A stretch of 58,747 bases of DNA, filler included, from Sphacelaria rigidula (lineage: Eukaryota): assembly GCA_964200075.2 (NCBI GenBank). It is 10 parts of 10 records of this genome, joined end to end, with 100 filler letters (N's around TTAATTAATTAA, not from the genome) between each part and the next. Parts side by side here need not be neighbours in the genome. Positions count along the whole stretch, not along the records: positions 47,081 to 52,864 come from CAXNAA020024486.1; positions 52,965 to 58,747 come from CAXNAA020024487.1; 8 more parts are not named here. One strand, given 5' to 3'. Shown one piece after another: positions 47,861-58,747 of the stretch. The notes beneath the pieces were generated by a model. It worked only from the letters and a program-made list of their open reading frames with translations, did no database searches and was not told the origin of the DNA. The position numbers and the translations under genes are program-made. The first letter of the stretch is position 1. The number at the start of each line of letters is the position of its first letter.

Positions 47861-49338
47861 CATCCCTGCCCGGGTCTTGGGCGGCCCAGCCTGTATCGCC
47901 CGCGTGAAAAAAAAGCGAGAACGCTACAGAACCATAGCACCACACTCAAAAAAAATAAAAAATAAACCGGAGAACTTTTACAGAAAAAACGCTTCAGAAT
48001 GTGTTGGAAGGAAAACGACGGATACCGACATAAGATTCGACGCTAGATCAATGTTGGTGATCGCGGAGATACTGCAAGTATTGTGCTGCGTCCACGTTAT
48101 ATTTTGAGTTCCATTGGCCATCAAATGCAACACGATGTCAACCGTCAGCACATGATCCGGACAGTAAAAATTGGGACGGTTGGACATCAAACCTCGACGC
48201 CACAGTACGGTTTGATATCGCGGAATGGTTACACGCATTCGATCCTTTTTTTGTGATAATCTGAGCTTTTTTTCTTGCTTCGATCTCTGTATTGTGCGAG
48301 AGAAGACGGAGGCGGAAACAGTTTGTTCGCGGCAGGAAATTCAACTCTTCCCTTGAAAAATCGAGAATTTGTTTTTTGTCAAGTATGCAATCATGGCTGG
48401 TGTCTTTATCTCGGTGTGGCAATCCGCCGCCCTCGTTGGCTGGTTGGATCTTAGTGCATAGGGAGGAAATACGCGGTTCGTAGCCGCTGAAAGGTCCACC
48501 CTGAGGAATATTTACCCCTCTAATAAAAGTGCACCAGGACAACACCCACCTCCCGGTAGGGCCTGTCAGGACCACTGTTCATGAAAACCATCTTTTGGAT
48601 TAATGCGATGTATGGAAGCGTGCCAGGGATAAATTCATTTGCCGCCGAAGATTATATTTCATCCACATGGGGAATGCCTCCTGAATACGGGGTCTCCTAA
48701 CAGGGTAAGTCGTCGGGAACGGAGTATCATTTCCCGTAGTTATCTTCCATTTCCCATCACGATCGACGTTCTACCCAACAAAAAGTTGACGTTTTTAGAA
48801 GCTCCAACGTCGAAACACCCATAAGGCTGTGGATTGCGACCAACACATACATGTTGGTCGATATCAAACTAGCGACACGCGTTTGCATTGATGAGCAGCG
48901 CAACAAATATGCGGTACCAACATATTGCCACCACTACCATTGTTATGGCCCGCTGGAAGTGCGCCCTGTGCCTTCGTGTATTACTGTATCGTTACTTCTG
49001 AGTGTTCTTTTGCCTGCGCCAATCTCTACACACCGTATTATTTGTTGCTCCGTATCATTTTCACGGGGGCCAAACTTGCAAAATAAAAAACAATCAATTG
49101 AAGCGCACGATCGGAGCGCCGGCCTCCCGAAAAAACCACGAGTAATTTCGCACTTCAACATTCACCTTACAACGCCGTACACTCCTCAGCATACTATCAC
49201 ACGTTTGTCAAAGCCAACCAGGGATGGGGGCGGGGATCTACACCGTCAGCGAAGTACTCTTAACGTTCCTCCCCTCCCTACAACATCTTCCGCAAACAAA
49301 CAAATCCGGGGAGAAGAGAATCGCCTATACCGCCTCAC

Positions 49339-50147
49339 CTCCAGGAACAAAACGCGACGAACACGATCACCGAGAACGATCCCACCATCCTCGCGACGTT
49401 CCGACTCCCTCGCTGCCTACTCCCGGCCAACCATCCGACAAATCCTCTCCTCGCGTCCATCCCGGATACCGCCTCTTTGCCCACAACTCCCCAGAGGGAC
49501 GCGCAGACAGCGGCAAAATACCCCAGCTGTGCGAGGTGAGGAGGTCCCCCCGGGGAATGGTTCTCTTTGTCTCCCAAGGCGATCGCGCCTCCGTTGAAAA
49601 CAAACACAAAGCTCGCGAAGGCGACGACGGGCATGGCTAGGGGTAGTCGAGCGCGGAGAATGGGCGCGCCACGGACAGCGTCTGACATTGCTGCTCGTGC
49701 CAGCCGCCAGAGGAGAATAAGCGGTGGGTGGTGTGAGGGGATGGGGGGATTAGCTCCCGGTGTGAAGGGGGCAGAAGATCGTGCTAGCTTGTTGGGAGTG
49801 GTGATGGCGGCGGTGGTGTTCATTCGTCGTTTTCGCCTTCTTGCTGTTGTTGTTGTTGTCGGCGATGGATCGGTCGAGGTGCTGAGGGGAGGATGCGCGG
49901 GGGTAGGAAGAGAAGAGAAAGGAAAGGCTCCTGCTGTATCAACGTAAGCACCATCAGAACCTTCGCAATCGTAGCTGTCGGCGGCGGCGGCGGCGGCATT
50001 ACGCCGCTGTGCTGTCCCTGCCCTGGCTGCTGTCGCCGTTGTCGTGGAGATGACGATAGGCAAAAAGTCCTCCAGCAAACACACCGCTAGGGTGAAGGAT
50101 ACCCAAACGGCGTTGGTCTGTCGGAACAGGATAGACAAGCTGCCCGC
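49339..50147 (-). CDS. ALG10: ALG10 exon C
   Basis: CGACAG|GCG...TGGAG|GTGAG; LFRQTNAVW, FVFNGGAIALGDKENH and HLAQLGYF are ALG10 motifs. The expected downstream HPYLLADNRHY exon was not found in this scaffold. Confidence 0.92.
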
Positions 50148-51161
50148 CTGTCGATATCGACAGGGTATTTTGTGTTGAACGATCAGCAGCGCCAAGGGAA
50201 AGGGGGCACGGTCGCTACCACTGTTCGGGGTGGAGCGGTTTATTGCACACCAACTCTCCTGGTACATCGCGGAATTCTCGAACATATGTCCATGGATCGG
50301 TGAGGCCTAATGTCACCGCATGGCGAGAGATCGTCTTTCGGAGTAGCATCTACCGCTTGTAGGTTTCGCGCGAAACTGGACTGGTGGGGATTAGGGGGGG
50401 AAGGGTTGCGCGCGTATAATCACACTTTGTTTTCTTGGGAAAAGGTCGGGGTGACCGACACGGACAACAGTGGTGAAACTAGCATATTCACTGCTATCGT
50501 TTTGGAGCAAGCCTTGGGGGAAAACCAGACCTCCGTTGTATAGTTTTTTTTCTTGCGATTCTTCCCGGACAGTCTCGTGTCGAAAGAACTCAGCTGTTGT
50601 CAGCACAAGTTAGCGTGCACTGATTTCTCCTTCCACCTGGCCATCAACTGTACTAATACTTTGTAGACTGAGCATCCTGCGCACATGATCGACCACTGGT
50701 CCTCGAGGGTATGGATGGGGTCCCGTTACTCCACCGTCCGACTTGCTATTTGCCAAGATTGACCACGACAGTCAACGTAATAGCTCGCAACGCTTGCGTA
50801 TGCACTACCCGTAGCAGGAACACTTGCTCGGATACGGGTGCCAAAAAACAAAATCACTTCGCAAAAACCAATTTGAGGATAAAAATCGTTTCGGGGGAGC
50901 TGACAAGAAGTAGAGACTATGGCGAGCGACCTACCAACCGTCAAACGTAAGCAAACGCCTATCCCTGGGTATTCTTAAAGCAAGAAACAAAGATGCTATA
51001 GCTCCGCTTTTTCTCAACGAACAGAAAAATCACATTCAAAATGACATGTGCACGGCACCGCATTTGCATTACATTACCACCACTGCTCACTACTACATAA
51101 TACGAAGCAGAACAGATTTTAAATCGAACATTACTGTCGAGGATGAAAAAACTGGACTCAC

Positions 51162-51338
51162 GATTGAGCTGCCAAGTCTCCGACCCCAGCTACCTCCTCT
51201 CGCTCTCCCGGTGGCCAGTAGATAACACAAGAGAACGAAAAATGTTCCCCCAGGATCGGTGTACAGGAGAAAGGAGAAGAAAAAGGATATCGGGTACAGC
51301 CACAAAAAGATGGCGTGCGCCAACGCCTTCCCGGGAGA
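51162..51338 (-). CDS. ALG10: ALG10 exon B
   Basis: CCCGCAG|TCT...ATC|GTGAG, 177 nt; LYPISFFFSFLLYTD matches the family motif P..FFFSFLYYTD. Confidence 0.9.
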
Positions 51339-51796
51339 CTGCGGGACGGAACCGATCATGCGGGAAGCGGATCGGCGGAGACAGGGGAACAGACAGGAGT
51401 TGGGTTGAGAATCGTATTCGACGACACTTGCCGAGGAACACGAAAAATACAAAATCGCCCCCTTTTTTTGTAATGAGCTTTTGCTTCAGCGTTCTCCCAC
51501 AAAAAAAAGGCAAAACACACAACTGCTGCTGTGCTGGTACAGCTAGGGCTGCTTCTCGGCTACTACAGACCCAAACTCGGTATAGCTGAATGAAAAAACA
51601 ACGAAGCCAGCAGCAACGAGAGGAGGTCGACGATATCAACATTTGACACCAAAGCAAATTATTCATATATATATATATATATATATTCTGCAGCAGCAGC
51701 AGCAGCAGCAGCAGTATAATAACGCTAGTATTGTATCACTGCTGGCATCTCACCGCCGCAATGAAAACATCACAAACCTCCGTGGATCTCGCTCAC

Positions 51797-52104
51797 CATA
51801 CGCCGTAGCAACAACGCCCGCATCACTGCGAGCGTCCCGAACGAGAACCACCAGTTCGCTTGCCGCAACACCGCGTGCCCACACCACCACGACAAACTCC
51901 CACCACTCTCCTCCTGCATTTCGCCAAACTGGTCGCCGAAACTCCGCACTGCTACGGCAGCATGCCCCTGCGATTCAACAGAACTATCACGCAATTTTTC
52001 CCACGACAAGACGTTATCCAAGCGGATGGCGGCCATGACGCGAGCATATGCCGCCGCAAAGATGTACACCCCTGGCGGCGTCGTCACTTTCGGATCCCAT
52101 CGGC
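51797..52104 (-). CDS. ALG10: Dol-P-Glc:Glc2Man9GlcNAc2-PP-Dol alpha-1,2-glucosyltransferase (DIE2/ALG10), exon A (gene partial at both ends)
   Basis: ATCGCAG|GC...ATG|GTGAG; encodes WDPKVTTPPGVY (family motif WDPKITTPPGLY) and C...VLRQAN. Confidence 0.9.
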
Positions 52105-52740
52105 CTGCGATGACGTTTCGCGAAGATCGGGTGCGGGGGTGGGGTGGGGGTTTAACTCGCGCGGCCTACCAGCAGAACATCAAGAGGGAGGATTGAAGAA
52201 CACGAGGGAATTGTGCGACACGCACTATTAACATTAAATAAGGTAGTGTGAGCGCGTACGATACGTATGGGACAGTATATATTGTACGTTCACGATACAC
52301 TCAGGATATATAAATGCGGATACGGCGAAGGGGTAATATCTGACAAGCACAACATGCTGGGCACATGTAAAAGGAGGTTTTGGGCATATATGGGCAAGAG
52401 AGAGTTGAGGTGGGCTGCAAGCGAAGAGGGTGGAAAACACGGGAATCAAAACGTGCAACGTGTGTCCGCAATTCACCACCGTACGGTCACGTGACAAGCA
52501 ATGTTCAAAATGCTGGTATGTCATCATTCGAGTGGCAACACCATCGCGCTAGCAAGACCCTGGAACTTGGTTCCATGCCACTCACTGCGTAAGCTAGGCA
52601 ACCACGTTACAGAATTTTTTGCGCTCTTGCGTTTTTTTGCGGTAACCATGATGGTAGTCCAGCTAGATCATATTGTGCAGCGTGGGAGAATCTCAACTCC
52701 GCACAATGGGAATGATCGTACTACGTGATGTTTACATAGT

Positions 52741-52864
52741 GAGACACTCATGAGGCAGTCTATGAGCCGTGGCTGTCTCTGGAAGTGGCGATACCAGATA
52801 ATAAAGCAACTCATTGGAGGCCGTCATCCGAATGAAGGATAATCAAAAGGCTTCGGGCCGAACA
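52741..52864 (-). repeat. 3' half of the ~310-bp dispersed repeat, cut by scaffold end
   Basis: GCCGTGGCTGTCTCTGGAAGTGGCGATA is the reverse complement of the block at ~1573-1600 and ~36432-36460. Confidence 0.85.
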
Positions 52865-53031
52865 NNNNNNNNNNNNNNNNNNNNNNNNNNNNNNNNNNNN
52901 NNNNNNNNTTAATTAATTAANNNNNNNNNNNNNNNNNNNNNNNNNNNNNNNNNNNNNNNNNNNNTTTCTTGCTTCTTTGTCCCTTCTTTTTTTTTTTGTT
53001 TTTGTTAGTTGATTTGTTGCGTGTGTGTGGT

Positions 53032-53065
<34 letters not shown>

Positions 53066-56000
53066 CGACGTTACCCGCCAAGGAATGAGGAAAGCACGGC
53101 TGCAGCACTAGAAGCAGTAACAAGAGGGGACAACGTCGAAGGAAAAAAAAAAGTAATGAGTAAGCGTTCAAGGTATGTCTAGGCGAGCATAAACTCATAT
53201 TGTGAGCATACGCAGTACAGAGTATTGGAGGGAACAAGCCCTAATGTTAATCACGTACCAGGACGACAGGAAACACCCTCTGTATGGGCCAAAATTCTAT
53301 TTTCGTGCGAGCGCATCGCCGAAATCAAGGTAGTCTTCGGTAATGTTATGAAATCGATACGAAAGTATTCATCAACCACCCCCTTTCAGGTACACTCCCT
53401 TCTTGGTAAAACGTGTCTAACCATCTTACTTACACTATGTCTTGCAGGGAGAAAGCAGGGTTGCGCTCCAACTGCGTTCCACGTCTCACAGAACTGCCGT
53501 CAAAGCCCTGCTGGTCCCACTTGACCCGACGCAAGATATAGATCCCGAGCAGGGTTGAGGCTCAAGAAATGCTGGGTCTCTTGAACGAATGTGTGATGTG
53601 TGTTTGTCATCACATGTTCTGCGTTACCGGTATATAACCCGGATAGACTGTATCTGTGCGCGTCTCGTCCTCATCGTGCCTACAGGCTCATCTGAGCAAC
53701 TCCAGACCCTGCTGTCGCATATACCCGAGATTTGTATCGCCATAGAGCACCGAGTTACTGTGCGATCGAGCTAGTTGCCATAATACGAGTGTATGACTTG
53801 GCGACACATCATGAAGCACTCCATCCATTGGCTATGGAGACGTGACCATTTCACCATCGATATCCGGTACGGTAAAAAGTGACAAGAGTAATTTTCGGCA
53901 CATCCATCAGTAGACCGTCTGAGCTAGCATCACACAGTTGCTTTGCCCCCTGAGTTCGTCGTACTCTAACCCGTTCCGCGCCCTATGTAGTCTCCGTAAC
54001 TGCGGCAGTCTTGTTCACGCCACCTGTGAGGTGGGGCCCTGCCATTCTGGAATCGTACATGCGTTTTGCATCAATTCCGATGTATTACGGACATACTGAT
54101 GTTCGTGCAGCTTTGTGGTGGTGATGGCTTTTCGTCTTCTTCATTGAACGATCACACATGAGCCGCAGGTAACATACATGTAGCGGTCGCCGCCGGAGTA
54201 CACATCTTCAGTACACGTCAACAGGACATGATTGTTCAAAACCAGCAGGCGGGCATGACAGGATGAAGACAGTCACAATGTGTATATCGTGCTACAATAT
54301 ACATACAGTCACTTGCTGGGATTAAATCGGTCGGGTAATGATCAACAAGTTGCTATCTACATGGCACAGCCCGCGTATCTACAATCGGCATTTTTTCAAA
54401 CGTACAGTGTATTGACGCTCGCCTGTTTTGAGTGACGATTTATGTTGTTATTTTGAAGTACACTGCGGTCGCTTCTTGGAATTGAATGAGTAGATCCATC
54501 GTCAACCGGCTGCAGGCCACATGGTCGAGAATATAGGGCACGGCCCGTGTATGTAATACGGACAGTTTTTAGAGAGTACAGTACCGAGACTATCCCCTGT
54601 TAAATTTGTCGATTTCGTTGCGATGTCAGAGTGTAGTACGGTCGATTATCGTTGTTTCAAAAATTGGTTCGTACATGGTCGTCTGTCAAAAAGTAATTAT
54701 ATCGTTTGAATGTCCACACATGGGTAGCAAGCAACATTAATGTAGCGGACGTCACTGCACTACACATGGTCAGTACTGTAGGCCATCAGCACACGATTAT
54801 GTAGCGTCCCTGCTTCATTCACCTGGTCTCCAGAGTACAGCATACCATTGAGGAGCGCGTGCGACACTCAGATGCCGTCACCAGCACATCTAACGAGCGC
54901 CGTACAACTGTTTACATCAACTACGAGTAGCATCATGCGTTCGCACTCAACCAGTTTTTAAGCATGAACTGCTCGTAGACGTCAGACTGTTGGCCCCTGT
55001 AGGTCGTGGGGTGCAAAAGCGCTCGTGGGAGCGACTTTGCCACCAAGATGCGCTCGGAAGAGATGATCAAGATGCTGTACAAATCTCGAGGAGGTCATCA
55101 ATTGAATCACGAGTAGGATACACGTAGTCCGACAAGGAACTGCGGCAACATTAACAGCCAACCGCATGTCATTCTTGCGCTGCACTGTGTACCGCTCCAA
55201 GTGCAAACTGAAGTGCCGCCACCTGTCCAAGCCCAAGAAGAAGCAAGTGTACTAAACCAAGACACCACACAGCAAGTAGGGACAACAACAGCCTATCTTA
55301 TGCAAAGGGCGCCCCGAAAAAATTCCGAAGAGAGCTCCACGTTTGCTTTCTTGGTACGGGGGGGGGGGTACTCACGATCATGCATGCCATAGTCGTAAGA
55401 CCATTGACCTCGCATCCCTACAAAGTCGGGACGGAGCACTTCGCCGAACTTTTTTGTTACGCGGGAGATCTGTTTGTGTCCGTGTGACGTTTTCCCACGC
55501 CGGATGCGAGATATATGTGCTGGGGATAAGTTTTTTATTTAGGGAACTCCAGGTTCATGGCAAGGTTAGACCCCCCCGAAATTGCCAGCAGATTTGCAAG
55601 TTTTCGCTTTTTCCGCATATATGATCCGTTCCGAAAGCTACCCAACCCACCCACCCGCGAGAATTGGCGCTGTTCTGTCACGGATGTATTTGCAGTATTT
55701 TCAAATATCTGAAATTAGAAAGGCTTGGAAATGTGTCGGAGATATATGGAGGCTCAAGAGGACGCCGGTCACCTAAATCCGGGCCATCACCCGTGTAGAG
55801 GCACGTACATGCCAGGTCTTACTCCAGTGCTCTGGTCGTGTTTATACATATTATATATCTACGTAGCACAAGGTAAGGCACGCCGTAGTGTTCTTCAGCA
55901 CCGATTGTGTTTTCGAACATGCGTCGACTGGCCTGACTACTGATGGCACTGCTTAGCACCCTCCTCTACTCTGCTACGATGGGCGACAGGTAGCTCTTAA

Positions 56001-56144
56001 GACGGCTGTAGATATGCCTATTCTCCGCAGCGGCTTTTACATGCGATTCCATCTTCTCATCTCCTGTTACTGTAAAATTGAATATCCAGTGTAATCGTAC
56101 CCCGATAATTTGGACGCTTATCACACTCTGTCTGCTGTCTGTAG

Positions 56145-56310
56145 GTATGATTTCGGCATCACTGCGTGGACGGTGTTGAACATCAAGTACAAAGGGGCGC
56201 AGCACTTGACGTCGGTGTACGTCTACCTCGAAGTGCACACAGAATTGCTCGGTGTGCTGGTGGCGTTCACTTCCATCGGCGGGACATGCGGCGGCATCGC
56301 TGGTCGTTTC
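56145..56310 (+). CDS. Internal exon of a probable MFS sugar-porter family transporter (TM1-TM2)
   Basis: CTGTCTGTAG|G...TTC|GTAAGT; (G)YDFGITAW...LLGVLVAFTSIGGTCGGIAGRF resembles the sugar-porter GYDxG motif followed by TM2 (G.VVS....G...G). No other exons were identified. Confidence 0.6.
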
Positions 56311-56614
56311 GTAAGTTCAATACGTTATCGCTTAAACTGCGAAGTGTCGAGACTACTTTATTTTTCCAGCAACCCCTTTTATTTTTGTCACTACTAAGCT
56401 CTACGGTTGTGGCTTGATTTTGACAATTTGAGTACCCGAGCCCTTAGTTGAACGCTGGACGGACAGGCTTTGGTTGGCGGGGGGGGTTCTGATGGTGTCT
56501 CCCGGCCTGGGTGAATGCACAACGCCAGCTTGAATTCACAGTGATGGGCATGACTCACACTAAAGCCTCTTTGTATGCAAAAATCCGATGACGAACAGAG
56601 TCAAACAAACGTCT

Positions 56615-57246
56615 CAAGGGTAGGTCGAGTAGAGTAAACTCAATACTCAGTATTTTTGAAGAGTCATACTTCAAGTGCTCGAAGTTTGAGTAGAGTATTC
56701 GAGGTCGTACTCAACCTACTCAGTTATTCGAGTAGAGTATTTGAGATCATACTCAGTCTACTCGAAATATGAGTAGAGTGTTGAGGTCATACCCAAGGGG
56801 TACTCTATACTCAAGTATCACTGAGAGTGCTTACTCAAAATTTGAGTAGAATATTTGAGGTCGTACTCGATCTACTCGAAATTTGAGTAGAGTATTTGAG
56901 GCCATACTCAACGTATTCAGAAGTTGAGTAGAGTATTGAGTTCATACTCAAGTGATACTCTATTCTCAAGTGTGAATGAGTGCTTTCTCAATATTTGAGT
57001 AGAGTATTTGAGGTCGTACTCGACCTACTCAATTATTCGAGTAGAGTATTTGAGATCATACTTTACCTACTCGAAATTTGAGTAGAGTATTTGAGGTCAT
57101 ACTCAAGTGACACTCTATACTTGAGTGTTACTGAGAGTGCTTACTCAAAATTTGAGTAGAGTACTTGAGGCCATACTCTACCTACTCAAAATTTGAGTAA
57201 AGTAATGGAGGCCGTACTCGACCTACTCAAAATTTGAGTAGAGTAT
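56615..57246 (+). mobile_element. Third copy (left end plus 41-bp array, right end missing) of the hAT-like satellite-bearing MITE
   Basis: Starts CAAGGGTAGGTCGAGTAGAG...CTCAGTATTTTTGAAGAGTCATACTT as at 38913, followed by the same repeat units. Confidence 0.88.
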
Positions 57247-57340
57247 CTAAGGCCGGATCCGATGCCCCGAAAACCTATAACTTCAACCTCAATATTCAAG
57301 TTCGTACGCAAGATACTAGAACCCGGATAGAGGAAATATC

Positions 57341-57600
57341 CAGGGGTCTGCACGTTACACGTTCACGTTCACGTTCACGTTCACGTTACGTTCATCACGT
57401 GAAAAATATTTGACGTTCACGTTGCGTTCATTACGAAAAAAAACTCACGTTACGTTTCGTTACCTTTATCGTAATATGAAACGTTTCAATGTCACGTGTA
57501 ACGCTCGAATGTAACGTTTCATTCTGTGCATGTCGCAGCTCATTTACCAGTGTTTAAGGCGTTATAACGTGTTGTTTAACGTGTGATGTATACCGTGTAC
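57341..57600 (+). repeat. (CACGTT)n-rich repeat starting CAGGGGTCTGCACGTT, possible MITE left end
   Basis: Tandem CACGTT/ACGTT units are seen directly; no matching right TIR was found. Confidence 0.55.
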
Positions 57601-58747
57601 GTGACGCTGACGGTGATCCGCCGGCTACTTCTCATGTATAAAAAAACTCCATGAACAAAGGCGTTTTCTGATAACCCACTTCTTATGAGATCAGAGAACG
57701 CGTTTGAAATCCCGCCGCACACCAACACACACCCTCCAGCCCACGACAGCAGCCATGGATCGCTTGGCTGCCATCACCACTGCTGTCGCTGGTGCTCGCA
57801 GGTAGTCGGCGTGTTGCTCCATTGTCCTTCGCTCGCCAGTATCATGGTAGCTCTTTACCCCATGAGAACGACACAGGGCAGGGTCGATGACGAGTGCTGT
57901 ACAAACACTCTGTGTGTAGTTTGCACAGGCAGTATTGTAGCTCGCATTTCAGGTCTGTGCATGCAGCGTGATGCGAACAGCACTCGCGATGCAGTACGGA
58001 CTGCCCACGCACCCAAGACTCGTAGAGACGGGACCGCACTGACCGTACACAGAAGACCACAGTATAAGCAGTACGGCTACTGCTGTATTCGAGTGTTGTT
58101 TGCAACACGCTGCATGCACAGATGTGAACTGAGCTACATTACTGTGCAACCTACATACAGAGTGTCTGACAGCACTCGTCATGGACCCTGCCCTGTTTTG
58201 TTCTCATGGAGGTAAGGGATAAGGGCCATCACGCTACTGGCGAGCGAAGGACAAGAAAGCAAAACGCTGACTGCCCGCGAGCACCAGCGACAGTAGTGAT
58301 GATGGCAGCCAAGCCATCACTACAAACAAGGTTTTTGTGAGATTGACAGTAGAGGATACGGTTGAGAGTGAATTGCGGTCAATTAGTGAAATACCGTTTC
58401 AGTTCCGAATTCCCCCCCACGAGACCCGGTATGCTTTCTGTAGTAGCTTGCCACTGAGGCCCTTGATATCCCTGAGTAGGATATCGACGTGTAGGTGTAA
58501 GCACACGCTAGTGATGGAGGGGAGAAAAAACGCACACGGAATGAATAATTGGCTAAGTTGAAGCGAATGAACAAAGCCACTCCCAATCAGCGAGCGCTCT
58601 ACTCTCAATCTCACGAAAACGTTTACAGCCAATGCATACAATACAGTACTGTTGGGTGTACTCTTGTCCGTGCTTTCCTTTCAGTAAAATACCACCGTGC
58701 AGTGGAAAGCACAACCGTCACTACTACAGTCAGTTATTAGTACAGCG

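Noticed and set aside
1..58747. A functional cluster of EsV-1-7, PP2C, PPR, HAD-like, ALG10 and MFS genes
   Set aside because: Each gene is on a different scaffold joined artificially by size order.

Overview
This is eukaryotic DNA, most likely from a brown alga (Ectocarpus-like), inferred from an EsV-1-7 repeat protein, GT-AG introns with long repeat-filled interiors and the repeat content. The window is not one locus. It is ten scaffolds of steadily decreasing length (5786, 5786, 5785 x4, 5784 x3, 5783 bp) joined by artificial 100-bp spacers (N44-TTAATTAATTAA-N44), so nothing can be inferred from adjacency across spacers. Supported genes are: an EsV-1-7 repeat protein (+2999..4069), the last two exons of a PP2C phosphatase, three exons of a HAD-like protein, three exons of ALG10 glucosyltransferase, one PPR exon and one MFS sugar-transporter exon. 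The rest is largely mobile-element debris: a Ty3/Gypsy RNase H fragment, a decayed piggyBac-like transposase, a tRNA-derived SINE (5 copies), and non-autonomous DNA transposons with readable TIRs and TSDs (hAT-like with internal 41-bp arrays, CMC/EnSpm-like, Mutator-like, Sola2-like, Harbinger-like), several of them nested. I found no convincing novel multi-gene system. The most interesting items are the satellite-carrying composite hAT-like MITE, a probable ~800-bp inversion with a sharp breakpoint, and the EsV-1-7 protein architecture.
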